Below, in pieces: positions 47,771-57,309 of a stretch of DNA of 64,000 nt. The position numbers and the translations under genes are program-made. Origin of the DNA: Nitrosopumilus sp. Lineage in GTDB: Archaea > Thermoproteota > Nitrososphaeria > Nitrososphaerales > Nitrosopumilaceae. How positions within the stretch are numbered: position 1 is the stretch's first letter; each line of letters begins with the position of its first letter. The notes beneath the pieces were generated by a model. That model made no database searches and was not told where the DNA came from. It was given only the letters and a program-made list of their open reading frames with translations. The stretch lies in assembly GCA_963662625.1 (NCBI GenBank), contig OY759726.1, positions 416,001 to 480,000 of the forward strand, in the 5' to 3' direction.

Positions 47771-47936
47771 AGTGGTGCACCCGCCCAGCTCGTCATTGAA
47801 CGGGGGCGGCCGCCCCTCCCTGGGCGGCCAGGACAGGAGATGATCCACAAGGCACGCTTTGGAACGGCAGGGAGGCCACATCACCCTGATTGAACAGGGC
47901 CTCAGGGGCAGAACAGTAAAAAAGAAAGCGGTGCGC

Positions 47937-48737
47937 ATGATGGCCATGCCGCTTACCGTGATCCCCCTGCGTTCCCGGAGGATGGAGGGGAGGTTCGACG
48001 TGTTCGGGTCGCTCTTGGAGGCGCTTGGGGAGAACCGCGAGGCGCTGGAGGACGGCGACGTCGTGGTGGTCTCCGCGAAGCTCGTCTCAAACGCCCAGGG
48101 GAGGCTGGTCCGCGCGGCGGGCGTCAGGGCGTCGGGGGACGGGGGCAGGGTCTCGAGGAGGTTCCGGCTGGCCCCCAGCATCGCCGAGATAATCCTGAGG
48201 GAGTCCGACGCCATATTCGGCGGGGTGGCCGGGTTCGTGATAACGTCGTCGGGCGGCATCATGGCGCCAAACGCCGGCATCGACAGGTCCAACGCGGCGG
48301 AGGGCACGGTGATCCTGTACCCGAACGATCCCTACCTGGCTGCCGAGCAGCTCCGCAGGAAGGCATTCCTGGAGCTCCGGGTCCACGTCGGGATAGTCCT
48401 GGCGGACAGCAGGCTGATGCCCGCGCGGGTGGGCACGTCCGGCGTGGCAATCGCGTTCGCGGGGTTCGAGCCGGTGCGGGACATGAGGGCCAGGAGGGAC
48501 CTGGACGGGAACCCGCTGAAGGTGACGTTCCAGGCGGTGGCAGACAACATCGCGGCCATCGCCAACCAGGAGATGGGGGAGGGGTCAGAGTCAAGGCCGT
48601 TCGCGATAGTGAGGGGCTCTGGGGCAAGGCTCACCGGCAGGAAGGCGGGGCCCGGCGAGACGGCGGTGCCCCCCGGGCAGTGCGTGTACGTGAGGGGCCT
48701 GTCGGGCGCCTCCCCGTTCCGGGCAGGCGGCGCCTAG
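47937..48737 (+). CDS. cofE: Coenzyme F420-0:L-glutamate ligase
   Basis: DGDVVVVSAKLVS, NAGIDRSN, DLDGNPL.VT..AVAD, MGEG.E..P. Confidence 0.9.
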   Translation: MMAMPLTVIPLRSRRMEGRFDVFGSLLEALGENREALEDGDVVVVSAKLVSNAQGRLVRAAGVRASGDGGRVSRRFRLAPSIAEIILRESDAIFGGVAGFVITSSGGIMAPNAGIDRSNAAEGTVILYPNDPYLAAEQLRRKAFLELRVHVGIVLADSRLMPARVGTSGVAIAFAGFEPVRDMRARRDLDGNPLKVTFQAVADNIAAIANQEMGEGSESRPFAIVRGSGARLTGRKAGPGETAVPPGQCVYVRGLSGASPFRAGGA

Positions 48738-48820
48738 CGCCGGCTCTGGGGGCCGCGCCTGCCGCCCCGGCGTGGCGCGGGGGCCCGTGTTTTAAATAGA
48801 AGTCCCTTCAGGTCTCAGTT

Positions 48821-49369
48821 ATGGAATACCGCACCACGTACCCCAAGACCGTCTCGTTCCTGGACGGCCTCAGGCACAGGATCGACGTCGACGGCCGCGG
48901 CGTGGAGCAGCTCCACATCGTGGTGAGGAGGAGCTTTGACGACCTGGCCAGGATCTTCGCCTCCGAGGGGTTCACCAAGGTGAAGTTCGAGCACAGGCAG
49001 CCGGGCCAGATCGGGAGCGGCCTGAACCTCAAGCTCAAGAAGCCCTGGGAGATGCACGTCAGGATGGTCGACCTGAAGAAGGGCCTGATCGGGATCCACG
49101 CCGAGGTAGAGGTGTCGAGGGACTACCTGCAGCACCTCTTCTCGCAGAGGACCCCCGTGATCTACGAGGTGGAGGAGATCCTCAAGAAGTACCAGGTTGA
49201 CTACCGCATATGGCACGACAGGATCAAGAAGGACGTCCACGCCGTCATCGACAACTACAGGGTGAAGCTGGCGATGCCCGGCCTCCCGGTGTTCGCGTGG
49301 AAGCCGATGCTGTTCATGATCGCCACGGTGGGCGCCCTCTATGGCTGGAAGTACCTAAACACGATCTAG
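48821..49369 (+). CDS. Hypothetical protein with C-terminal TM
   Basis: Normal composition; TTTAAATA upstream. Confidence 0.7.
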   Translation: MEYRTTYPKTVSFLDGLRHRIDVDGRGVEQLHIVVRRSFDDLARIFASEGFTKVKFEHRQPGQIGSGLNLKLKKPWEMHVRMVDLKKGLIGIHAEVEVSRDYLQHLFSQRTPVIYEVEEILKKYQVDYRIWHDRIKKDVHAVIDNYRVKLAMPGLPVFAWKPMLFMIATVGALYGWKYLNTI

Positions 49370-49371
49370 TA

Positions 49372-49698
49372 TCAGACGCCCAGCGCCTCCGCCTTCGTGA
49401 GCTCCAGGAACACCTTGTCCCCCACGCCGAGCCCCATGTCCTTGTACTCGTGCATCTCCAGCTTGAGCTGGGTGACTCCCCCCTGCACCCCCATTCCGCC
49501 CATGCCCGAGAGCATCTTGTTGAGGTCCTTCATCATGTCGTTCATGTTGGTGAACCCCATCACCTTGGGGCTTCCAAACGGGGAGGGGGGCGACGCGGAG
49601 CCCTCGTTGAGATCCTTGATCGATGACAGCGAGACCACCACGTACGGCGCGCCGTCCGGGGCCGCGTCGATGCTGCGGACGACGAACTCTTTCTTCAT
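49372..49698 (-). CDS. Hypothetical protein
   Basis: 108-aa ORF with TTATAA upstream. Confidence 0.7.
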   Translation of the reverse strand: MKKEFVVRSIDAAPDGAPYVVVSLSSIKDLNEGSASPPSPFGSPKVMGFTNMNDMMKDLNKMLSGMGGMGVQGGVTQLKLEMHEYKDMGLGVGDKVFLELTKAEALGV

Positions 49699-49826
49699 GG
49701 TATAACTGGCCGGGGTCTTTACTTATAATTTTGTTTTTGGGCCCTCCCGCCGCGCGGCGCCCGCGCGCGCCGCCGCATTGAAGACTTAATTACAATTTTT
49801 CGGAACAGTCAGCATTGGGCAACCAG

Positions 49827-50351
49827 ATGCTGGCCGCGACGCTCCGCTACTACGGGGTGTCGCCGTGGGAGATAGAGGTGCTGTACGGGTACATGGTGGG
49901 CAGGTTCTCCATCAAGCAGGTGGAGGTGGAGCCGGACGACGACGACTTTGTGAGCTTCCTGGGCATCGAGATCCCGCTGGCGTTCAACGAGGGGTTCTTC
50001 CAGTGGTTCGAGTACAGGCGCTGGGAAAGGGTGAAGGCGGTGTTCAAGGAGATGAAGAGGAGGCGCGGTTCCCGGAACGCGCTGAAGGTGAGGATCAGCT
50101 TCGCGGGCAGCCCGGGCATAGTCTTCGTGGTGGACACCGACGACAGGCAGTGGTTTGACAACGCGGTGGAGAAGATCGACTTCGTCCTGGAGCTTCTCCC
50201 GTACCACCTGGATCCGGCGAAGATCCCCGCCGGCGTGGAGGAGATCAGCTACAGGTTCCACCCGGACGCCGCGAGGTGGCGCCTCCACGGGGCAAGGGCC
50301 GGGGGCGCCTCATACGCGTTCAGGGGGGACGGCTGGAAGGCCGTCACCTGA
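49827..50351 (+). CDS. Hypothetical protein
   Basis: Normal composition ORF. Confidence 0.7.
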   Translation: MLAATLRYYGVSPWEIEVLYGYMVGRFSIKQVEVEPDDDDFVSFLGIEIPLAFNEGFFQWFEYRRWERVKAVFKEMKRRRGSRNALKVRISFAGSPGIVFVVDTDDRQWFDNAVEKIDFVLELLPYHLDPAKIPAGVEEISYRFHPDAARWRLHGARAGGASYAFRGDGWKAVT

Positions 50352-50781
50352 GGTCCTTTTGCAGCGGCTCGAGCATCCCGTGGAGCTCCCTGTACTTGGA
50401 CTCGAGGAACCTCAGGGCGGCGCCGAGCCTCTTGGACTTGCCGTACTTGTAGCGGATCAGCTCGCGGTGGTGCCAGAACGTCTTTTCGCCTGCCGCGACG
50501 GTGGTAAAGTAGTCGGGCCCCTTCAGACCGTCGGGCAGCCTCATGTCGTACGGGAACAGCAGTTCCACGATGAACCACTCGTCGCCGTCGGGATAGTCGG
50601 AGCCGGTATCCACGTCGAAGAAGACGTGCAGCAGCTCCGACTGCATCAGGCCGTCGTCGCGGATGGCCGGGTGCCTCACCTGAGACCTCTTGAAGTCGAG
50701 GTCGACCAGCTGCGGTTCGAAGTATCCCTTGATTATGGACCTGCGAAATACCTTGTTGGTCTCGACTATGTTCAACTGCAA
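50344..50781 (-). CDS. Hypothetical protein
   Basis: Normal composition ORF. Confidence 0.7.
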   Translation of the reverse strand: MQLNIVETNKVFRRSIIKGYFEPQLVDLDFKRSQVRHPAIRDDGLMQSELLHVFFDVDTGSDYPDGDEWFIVELLFPYDMRLPDGLKGPDYFTTVAAGEKTFWHHRELIRYKYGKSKRLGAALRFLESKYRELHGMLEPLQKDLR

Positions 50782-50825
50782 GATGATATATGATCAGACT
50801 AGCCTATAACCCATTTGGTCGCGCG

Positions 50826-51788
50826 CTATACCCGGAGCGAGTCCAGGATGCCGGAGACGTCGGTGGTCGGGGAGCCGCCCTCGGAGATCTTCTGCTTGGC
50901 CGGCGGGTTTTCCAGGTAGTTCGGGATCTTGTCGACCAGCCTGACGGCGTACGGGGAGACAGTCTCGTTCTGGTAGAACACTCCTATGGGGATCTTGCTG
51001 TCCCACTCCAGCGACTTTATCAGGGCCTGCGACATTTTGTCGTCCACCTCGGCCACGTCGTTGTAGTGGACCACGGGATCAAAGTGCGAGTCCTCCAGCT
51101 TGTATATCCGGGAGTGCCTGGCCATCGACTCGTCTGCCAGGTCGGCCCCGGCGAACCAGTCCCTCGTGTTGATGTCGTTGTACGTGGGGCAGGGCTGCAG
51201 CACGTCAAGGAACGACAGGCCCCTGTGCCTCACGGCCTGCATGATCATGGACTTGAGGTGCCTGACGTCGTAGGAGTACCCGCGCCCGATGAACGTGAAC
51301 CCGCTGGCCACCGCTAGCCCGATCGGGTTGACGTGGGAGTTCGAGTTGGGGGTGGGGAGCGACTTTGTCTTCTCCCCGAGCTTCAGCGTCGGGGACGCCT
51401 GCCCCTTGGTGAGCCCGTAGACCCCGTTGTTGAATATGATGTAGGTCATGTCCACGTTGCGCCTCCCGGCCGCGACAAAGTGCCCCGCGCCGATTCCCAG
51501 GCCGTCCCCGTCCCCGCCAACCGCGACCACGGTCATCTCGGGGTTGGCGAGCTTGCACCCCTGGGCAAACGTCAGCACCCGCCCGTGGAGCGTGTGGACG
51601 CCGTAGGTGTTGATGTAGTGGGACGTCTTCCCGGAGCAGCCTATCCCCGAGAAGATGGCCGCCTTGTCCCGCTGGATTCCCATCTCCGCGAGCGCCATCT
51701 GCAGCGCGTTGACTATCCCAAAGTCCCCGCACCCCGGGCACCAGTCGTTGTGCACGTCGGTCTTGTAGTCTGCGAGCTTAAGCGCCAT
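50826..51788 (-). CDS. 2-oxoacid:ferredoxin oxidoreductase beta subunit
   Basis: WCPGCG, SGIGCS, HGR, GGDGD...NN TPP motif, QPCPTY. Confidence 0.95.
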   Translation of the reverse strand: MALKLADYKTDVHNDWCPGCGDFGIVNALQMALAEMGIQRDKAAIFSGIGCSGKTSHYINTYGVHTLHGRVLTFAQGCKLANPEMTVVAVGGDGDGLGIGAGHFVAAGRRNVDMTYIIFNNGVYGLTKGQASPTLKLGEKTKSLPTPNSNSHVNPIGLAVASGFTFIGRGYSYDVRHLKSMIMQAVRHRGLSFLDVLQPCPTYNDINTRDWFAGADLADESMARHSRIYKLEDSHFDPVVHYNDVAEVDDKMSQALIKSLEWDSKIPIGVFYQNETVSPYAVRLVDKIPNYLENPPAKQKISEGGSPTTDVSGILDSLRV

Positions 51789-53688
51789 GTTCCAGTATCT
51801 CCCTCCTGTCAGCGGTATTGCTTAATATTTTTTTCAGGGACGCGTGGATCTCCGTGCTCGTCATCCCGCGCCCAGTGTACTTTAGGATGTAGTAGTCGAT
51901 GTCCCTCAGGACGTTCTGCTTGAAGATCGCCCCCATCTGGGCGGAGTAGTTGGCCTCCACGTCTATCAGTACCCTCGCGTCCTTCAGGAGGGACCTGACG
52001 TACTCGGCCGGGAACGGGTGGAGGAGCTTCAGCTGCACGAACCCGACGCGGATCCCCTCATCCTCCAGCATGGCCAGGGCGTCGAGTATGGGGCCCTTGG
52101 TGGAGCCCCACGACACTATGGTGAACTCGCTGACCCCGAAGGACACGGCCTGCTCGCGCTCCGGGATGTTCCGCAGCGCCAGGTCCAGCCTGGACATCCT
52201 CTTGTCCATCATCGTGATCCTCACCTGCGGATCCTCCGTGATGTGGCCGTACTCGTCGGACTCGTCACCGGTGTTCCAGAAGACCCCGTTGTCCATCCCC
52301 AGCCTGGATCGCGGGGATATCCCGTCCTCGGAGGGCGCAAACCTCCTGTAGTCCCCCTCGACCCTGTCCAGCAGCTTCCCCCTGTCGATCGTGATCTTCT
52401 GGGGGTCGAGCATCCTGCACGTGATGACGGAGCTCGAAAGGAACTTGTCCATCATGTGGATGACTGGGATCTGGTACACGTCGGAGTAGTTGAAGCACCG
52501 CCCGGTGTCGTAAAAGCTCTCCTCTATGTCGCCGGACGCGTAGACGATCTTCGGAAAGTCGCCGTGCCCGGCGAACACCGTGAACAGGAGGTCGTCCTGG
52601 CCGTGCCTCGTGGGCAGGCCGGTGGACGGCCCGCTCCTCTGGTACAGCGTGATCACCACCGGCACCTCGTTGATCCCGGCCCAGCCCAGGGCCTCGGTCA
52701 TCAGCGCAAACCCGGGGCCGGAGGTGGAGGTCGACGACCGGGTGCCGGTCAGCGCGGCGCCGATCATCATGCCAATCGCTGAGATCTCGTCCTCCGTCTG
52801 TATCACGGCGGTGGATCCCGGCCTGTCGTGGCGGACGGACAGGATCTCGTTGGACTCCATGTAGATGCTCTCGTCGGACGCGGGCGTGATCGGGTAGTAC
52901 GACTGGAAGCGGCAGCCGCTCACCATCTTTCCCAGGGCGGTCCCGAAATGCCCCTGCAGCAGGACGGTGTCCGGGGCCTTCTCGGTGCCCGGCAGGCCGT
53001 ACTTGAAGTTCTCGAAGTTTGACGCGGCGTGGTCGTAGGAGTAGCCTGCCGCGTGCCTGTTGATCTCCGCGACGCGCGGCTTGTGGGAGAAGATTGAGTC
53101 GATGGAGCGGAACAGGAAGTCCGTCGGCACCCCGAGCATTCCCAGCGACAGGGACACGCCGATCACGTTGTACATCCTGACCATGCCGCGCAGCTTGGGA
53201 TCCCCGTTCTCCTTTGCGAGCGTCTCCAGGATCCCCTTGAAGGACACAGGGTAGAGCGACGCGCCCTTCTCCCTCGCGATCTCCAGCGCCCCCTCGACCG
53301 TGAACGGCTTGCCCTTGGATTCCAGGTACTCGTGGAGCCTTTCCCTGAACGGCGGGTCGAGCGTGCGGACGTCGTCGGTGGACTGCTTTGCGAGGTTCGA
53401 GTCGTAGATGATCGCGCCGTCGGGCGAGACCCCGTCGAAGTGCCTGAATATGGTCTCCGCGTCGTAGGAGACCATCATGGTGGCGTCGTTGAGGTTGGAG
53501 CGCACCTGCTTGTCCGCCACGCGCACCACGAAGTAGCTGTGCTCCCCCTTGATGTTCGAGTAAAACTCCCTCTTTCCGAACACGTGGTATCCCATCTCCG
53601 CGGACACCTTGGAGAAGATGTTCGCGCCGGACTCCACGCCGCTCCCCTGCGGCCCCCCGATCATCCACGTAAAGTCAACCGCGCTCAT
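51778..53688 (-). CDS. 2-oxoacid:ferredoxin oxidoreductase alpha subunit
   Basis: GGPQGSG, YPITPAS, QTEDE, TSGPG, QRSGPSTGLPT. Confidence 0.95.
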   Translation of the reverse strand: MSAVDFTWMIGGPQGSGVESGANIFSKVSAEMGYHVFGKREFYSNIKGEHSYFVVRVADKQVRSNLNDATMMVSYDAETIFRHFDGVSPDGAIIYDSNLAKQSTDDVRTLDPPFRERLHEYLESKGKPFTVEGALEIAREKGASLYPVSFKGILETLAKENGDPKLRGMVRMYNVIGVSLSLGMLGVPTDFLFRSIDSIFSHKPRVAEINRHAAGYSYDHAASNFENFKYGLPGTEKAPDTVLLQGHFGTALGKMVSGCRFQSYYPITPASDESIYMESNEILSVRHDRPGSTAVIQTEDEISAIGMMIGAALTGTRSSTSTSGPGFALMTEALGWAGINEVPVVITLYQRSGPSTGLPTRHGQDDLLFTVFAGHGDFPKIVYASGDIEESFYDTGRCFNYSDVYQIPVIHMMDKFLSSSVITCRMLDPQKITIDRGKLLDRVEGDYRRFAPSEDGISPRSRLGMDNGVFWNTGDESDEYGHITEDPQVRITMMDKRMSRLDLALRNIPEREQAVSFGVSEFTIVSWGSTKGPILDALAMLEDEGIRVGFVQLKLLHPFPAEYVRSLLKDARVLIDVEANYSAQMGAIFKQNVLRDIDYYILKYTGRGMTSTEIHASLKKILSNTADRREILEHGA

Positions 53689-53734
53689 CCCGCGGCACCG
53701 CCCTCGCGCGTGGGAGCCGTTCGTGCCGCCAAGG

Positions 53735-53884
53735 TCATTCCCCTCCCGTGGCCGCGTCAAACAGCGCGCACTCGCACTTGTCCCTCTCGCCGCAGTAGGG
53801 GCAGACGCAGACGCACTTCTCTATCGCGTTCCCGCATTCCACGCATAACGCGAACTCCTCCTCGCTCCCCGGCTCAAAAGACAC
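53735..53884 (-). CDS. 49-aa Cys-rich microprotein upstream of OFOR alpha
   Basis: MSFEPGSEEEFALCVECGNAIEKCVCVCPYCGERDKCECALFDAATGGE (GTG start, 8 Cys); TTTATA ~25 nt upstream. Confidence 0.7.
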   Translation of the reverse strand: MSFEPGSEEEFALCVECGNAIEKCVCVCPYCGERDKCECALFDAATGGE

Positions 53885-53936
53885 ACGGTACCTAAAATGA
53901 AATCGTATAAATTGTTTGGCGTGGCCCGTACTAGCA

Positions 53937-54899
53937 GTGAGGGTGTTTCTTACCAGGAGGCTGCAGGACTTTGCGATAAGGGAGCTTGAAGAGAGGTACG
54001 ATCTGGAGATCCACTCCGGCAGGATTCCCGTGCCGAAGGCAAAGCTGCTGTCGAGGATCGGGGACGTCGAGGGGCTGATCTGCCACCCCTACGACACGGT
54101 GGACCGGGAAGTGATCGACGCGGCGGGGAAGCTCAGGGTGATCAGCACGTACAGCGTGGGCTTTGACCACATCGACGTGGCGCGCGCCAGGAAGAGGGGG
54201 ATCCGCGTGGGGTACACGCCGGAGGTGCTGACCGACGCCACGGCCGACCTGGCGTTTGCTCTGATCCTGGACGTGACCAGGAGGGTGACCGAGGGCGACA
54301 GGATGATCAGGGCCGGGGAGTGGGTCCTGGACGGCGAGGGGGACGGCTATGTCGGGCACGACATGCGGTCAAGGACGCTCGGGATACTCGGCATGGGCAG
54401 GATCGGCGGGGCGGTAGCGAAAAGGGCCGGGGCGTTCGGCATGGACATAGTATACCACAACAGGCACCGCGTCGCCGAGAGCGCGGAGAGGGCCCTCGGC
54501 GCGAGATACGTGGGCCTGGAGGGGCTGATCGCGGGCAGTGACGTCATATCGATCCACGTCCCGTACACGGGGAAGACGGACGGGATGTTTGACGCCGCCG
54601 TCTTCGCCAGGATGAAGAGGACCGCGATCCTGGTAAACACGGCGCGCGGGCGGATCGTCAACGAGCGGGACCTGGTGTCGGCGCTGAGGAGGAAGGCGAT
54701 AGCGGGGGCCGGCCTGGACGTGTTTGAGACGGAGCCGATCAGGAGGAACAGCCCCCTGACAAGGATGCAAAACGTGGTCCTGGCGCCCCACATAGGGAGC
54801 TCCACCGAGGAGACGCGGGCAAAAATGGCCCGGATCACCTTGGACAACCTGCACCGGGGCATGGCAGGCAGGAGGCCGGTCTACTCGGTGGGGCGCTAG
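53937..54899 (+). CDS. D-2-hydroxyacid dehydrogenase (glyoxylate/hydroxypyruvate reductase-like)
   Basis: VGFDHID, GMGRIG, NTARG, LDVFETEP, PHIGS. Confidence 0.92.
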   Translation: MRVFLTRRLQDFAIRELEERYDLEIHSGRIPVPKAKLLSRIGDVEGLICHPYDTVDREVIDAAGKLRVISTYSVGFDHIDVARARKRGIRVGYTPEVLTDATADLAFALILDVTRRVTEGDRMIRAGEWVLDGEGDGYVGHDMRSRTLGILGMGRIGGAVAKRAGAFGMDIVYHNRHRVAESAERALGARYVGLEGLIAGSDVISIHVPYTGKTDGMFDAAVFARMKRTAILVNTARGRIVNERDLVSALRRKAIAGAGLDVFETEPIRRNSPLTRMQNVVLAPHIGSSTEETRAKMARITLDNLHRGMAGRRPVYSVGR

Positions 54900-54967
54900 G
54901 CCCGCGCACGGCGGGGACAGCGGCGAAATGTGCAGTTTTTATACCAAGGGGACAGAAGGCTAGCAGA

Positions 54968-55051
54968 TTGAAAAAGTTCAAGCACACCAATGAAGAGTTA
55001 GAGTTGGCAAAGCTGCAGACTGAAAAGGCAAAGAAGAAGAAATCGCAGTGA
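54968..55051 (+). CDS. Possible 27-aa basic microprotein
   Basis: MKKFKHTNEELELAKLQTEKAKKKKSQ (TTG start); TTTTTATA ~25 nt upstream, T-tract after stop. Confidence 0.45.
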   Translation: MKKFKHTNEELELAKLQTEKAKKKKSQ

Positions 55052-55085
55052 GGTTTTTCCCCTGCCCCTCCCGGGCAGGTTTTTT

Positions 55086-55463
55086 TTAAAATTCGACCCT
55101 GGGGCCGAACTTTCGGCTCAGCCTGTCGTACGCGCCCTTCCTAGCCGGATCGAGGTTGTCTGACCCGTCATACATCCGGGTAAAGAACGCGGCTAGCACG
55201 CGCTCGTTCCCGCCGTCGAAGAACCTGACGCTGTAGCTCGTCCGACCCGGCCTTTCCTCCACGACGAACTCGGCGGACCTTACCCGCTCAGAGTCCACGT
55301 GCATGTGCGCGGGGCCGTCGTTGGAGCCGATCGTGATCCACCTGTCCTTCTGCCTGACGGCAAGCGAGTTGCTGCGGATCTCGCCCACCGCGCCGTTGCC
55401 CCTCACCACCAGCAGCACGTCGTCGACCTTTACGATCTCCGAGAGGATCTCAAGCAGCAGCAC
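55086..55463 (-). CDS. ChuX/HutX-like heme-binding protein
   Basis: VRGNGAVGE, HMHV, SYSVRFFD...LAAF. Confidence 0.65.
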   Translation of the reverse strand: MLLLEILSEIVKVDDVLLVVRGNGAVGEIRSNSLAVRQKDRWITIGSNDGPAHMHVDSERVRSAEFVVEERPGRTSYSVRFFDGGNERVLAAFFTRMYDGSDNLDPARKGAYDRLSRKFGPRVEF

Positions 55464-55488
55464 AGTGTTGGGGGGAGCCGAAATTATT

Positions 55489-55764
55489 TCAGTCTTTCCC
55501 GGCCCCTATCCGCACAAAGTCGTCTGGGTCTGCGTTGATGCAGTCGGTGCCCACCGCCTTCAGCCTGGAAAACCCGATCCGGCCTTCGGGCACCTTCCCT
55601 GCCTCCTGCAGGGCCCGGGTCTTGCCGGACACTGCCAGCCTGTGCCTGTCGCAGGCGACCCCCACCATGTACTCGCCGTCCTCAACCACCACGGACACCA
55701 CGAACTCCGGGGGGTTCGCGCACTGCTTTCCGGACTCTACCACGGAGCACCTGTCAGGTAGCAT
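55489..55764 (-). CDS. Hypothetical Cys-containing protein
   Basis: MLPDRCSV..C.NPPEFVVS..EYMVGVACDRH..GTDC. Confidence 0.7.
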   Translation of the reverse strand: MLPDRCSVVESGKQCANPPEFVVSVVVEDGEYMVGVACDRHRLAVSGKTRALQEAGKVPEGRIGFSRLKAVGTDCINADPDDFVRIGAGKD

Positions 55765-55789
55765 ACAGTGTGGGGGCAGGTGCCGGATA

Positions 55790-57088
55790 TTAAGATTGAT
55801 CCAGTACGGCGCCAAGGTCCCACACGGACTCCTTGCGCGATTCCGGGTAGTCCAGCAGCCCCCTTTCCCGCAGCCCGCTCACGAGGAACGCAGAGTACGC
55901 CGGCGCGCCGGTGGCCCCGGGGGAGTTGTAGTTTATGACGTGGAGGGATCCGTCGCCCTCGACCTCCAGCACGTCTGGCAGGAACCTCCCCTCGGGGGTC
56001 ACGACGGGCGAGCGTATTCCCGCGGTGCCCCTGGCCGAAAAGAACTCCGGCCTCGCCTTCGGGACGAACTTCCGGACGCGCGCTATCATGGCGGTCTTGG
56101 AGATCGAGCTCAGCCACTCCCTGGACGCAAGCGAGAGGAACTCGGGGTCATAGAGCAGCTTCAGCGCGTTGCCTGTGAGCACCTCCTTCAGTTTTGCGAC
56201 CGACGTCGCCGCGTCCCCCATGTAGCCGGAGTACACCTCGGGACCGGGCACCGGCACCGCGTTGGGCCCGACCTCCGTGCCGCCGTCGGCCTTCTTTACC
56301 CAGTGGGGATCCAGGAACGGGTACCCCTTGAACTCGGCAACCGTGTAGACGGTCGATCTCACCAGGTCCCGGTGCCCGGGATCCGCCACCCAGTACTCGC
56401 CGCGAAAGTGGAGGTCGGCGTACTCCGTGGCAAGCCCCATCATGTGCGCTATGTCCAGCGAGTTCCCCCCGGCGCAGTTGATCACGAGGCCCGCTGACGT
56501 CCCGGAGCCGTCCTCGAATGCCAGCCCGTACCCGGACCCGGACTCCTCGACGCCCGTTACGTTTCGCTTCAGGAGGAAGTCCGTCCCGTTCCGCGCCGAC
56601 TCGCCTTTCAGCGCCCCGGTGAACTCGGCGAAGCTCGTAGAGACCTCGCGGTCGCAGTAGAGCGCGGAGTGGCACCTCACGTTCGGCTCGGCCCGCGACA
56701 CCTGCCTTGCGTCCAGCAGTTCGAGGGATCCCTCCGGGATGCCGTTTTTCTGCCCCCATTCCATGTACTCCTCGAGGCTCTTGTGCTGCCCCTCGTCTAG
56801 CGCGAGCTCTAGCACGCCGGTGGTCTTCCACGGGATCCCGCGGTCTCTTGCAAGGGACTCCCACATGCCGCGGGAGACCAGGGCCGATTTCGCGAGCGTC
56901 CCCTTTGTGTCGGGATCTAGGTAAAAAGGCGAGTGGACGACCCCCGTGTTCCTGCCGCTGGCGTGCATTGCCACTGCGGGTTCCTTCTCGATCACGCACA
57001 CGCTCGCGTCAAAGAGGGTCGATATCCAGTACGAGACGCTGGTTCCCAGGATCCCGCCCCCGATTACCGCGACATCGTACTTTGGCAA
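55790..57088 (-). CDS. FAD-dependent oxidoreductase (L-2-hydroxyglutarate oxidase-like)
   Basis: VIGGGILG, HASGRNTGVVH, FRGEY, GPNA, SPGAT. Confidence 0.88.
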   Translation of the reverse strand: MPKYDVAVIGGGILGTSVSYWISTLFDASVCVIEKEPAVAMHASGRNTGVVHSPFYLDPDTKGTLAKSALVSRGMWESLARDRGIPWKTTGVLELALDEGQHKSLEEYMEWGQKNGIPEGSLELLDARQVSRAEPNVRCHSALYCDREVSTSFAEFTGALKGESARNGTDFLLKRNVTGVEESGSGYGLAFEDGSGTSAGLVINCAGGNSLDIAHMMGLATEYADLHFRGEYWVADPGHRDLVRSTVYTVAEFKGYPFLDPHWVKKADGGTEVGPNAVPVPGPEVYSGYMGDAATSVAKLKEVLTGNALKLLYDPEFLSLASREWLSSISKTAMIARVRKFVPKARPEFFSARGTAGIRSPVVTPEGRFLPDVLEVEGDGSLHVINYNSPGATGAPAYSAFLVSGLRERGLLDYPESRKESVWDLGAVLDQS

Positions 57089-57309
57089 CGCGTATTGTAT
57101 GCGCGCGGCGCAATTAAGGGATTGTGCGCGGGCCGGGCAGGCGGGGGGCGCCCCGGCGTGGCCCGCCTGGGCGGAGCCGGCACCCGCGCGCTGCCCCGGG
57201 CCGCGCGGGGACGCGATCGTGTGATGGGCATGAGAGGATTTGGTGCCGGGGCTTACAGGTATTGGGCTGGCGGGGAAATTATTAATTATTTGTTTGTGCA
57301 AGTAATGGC

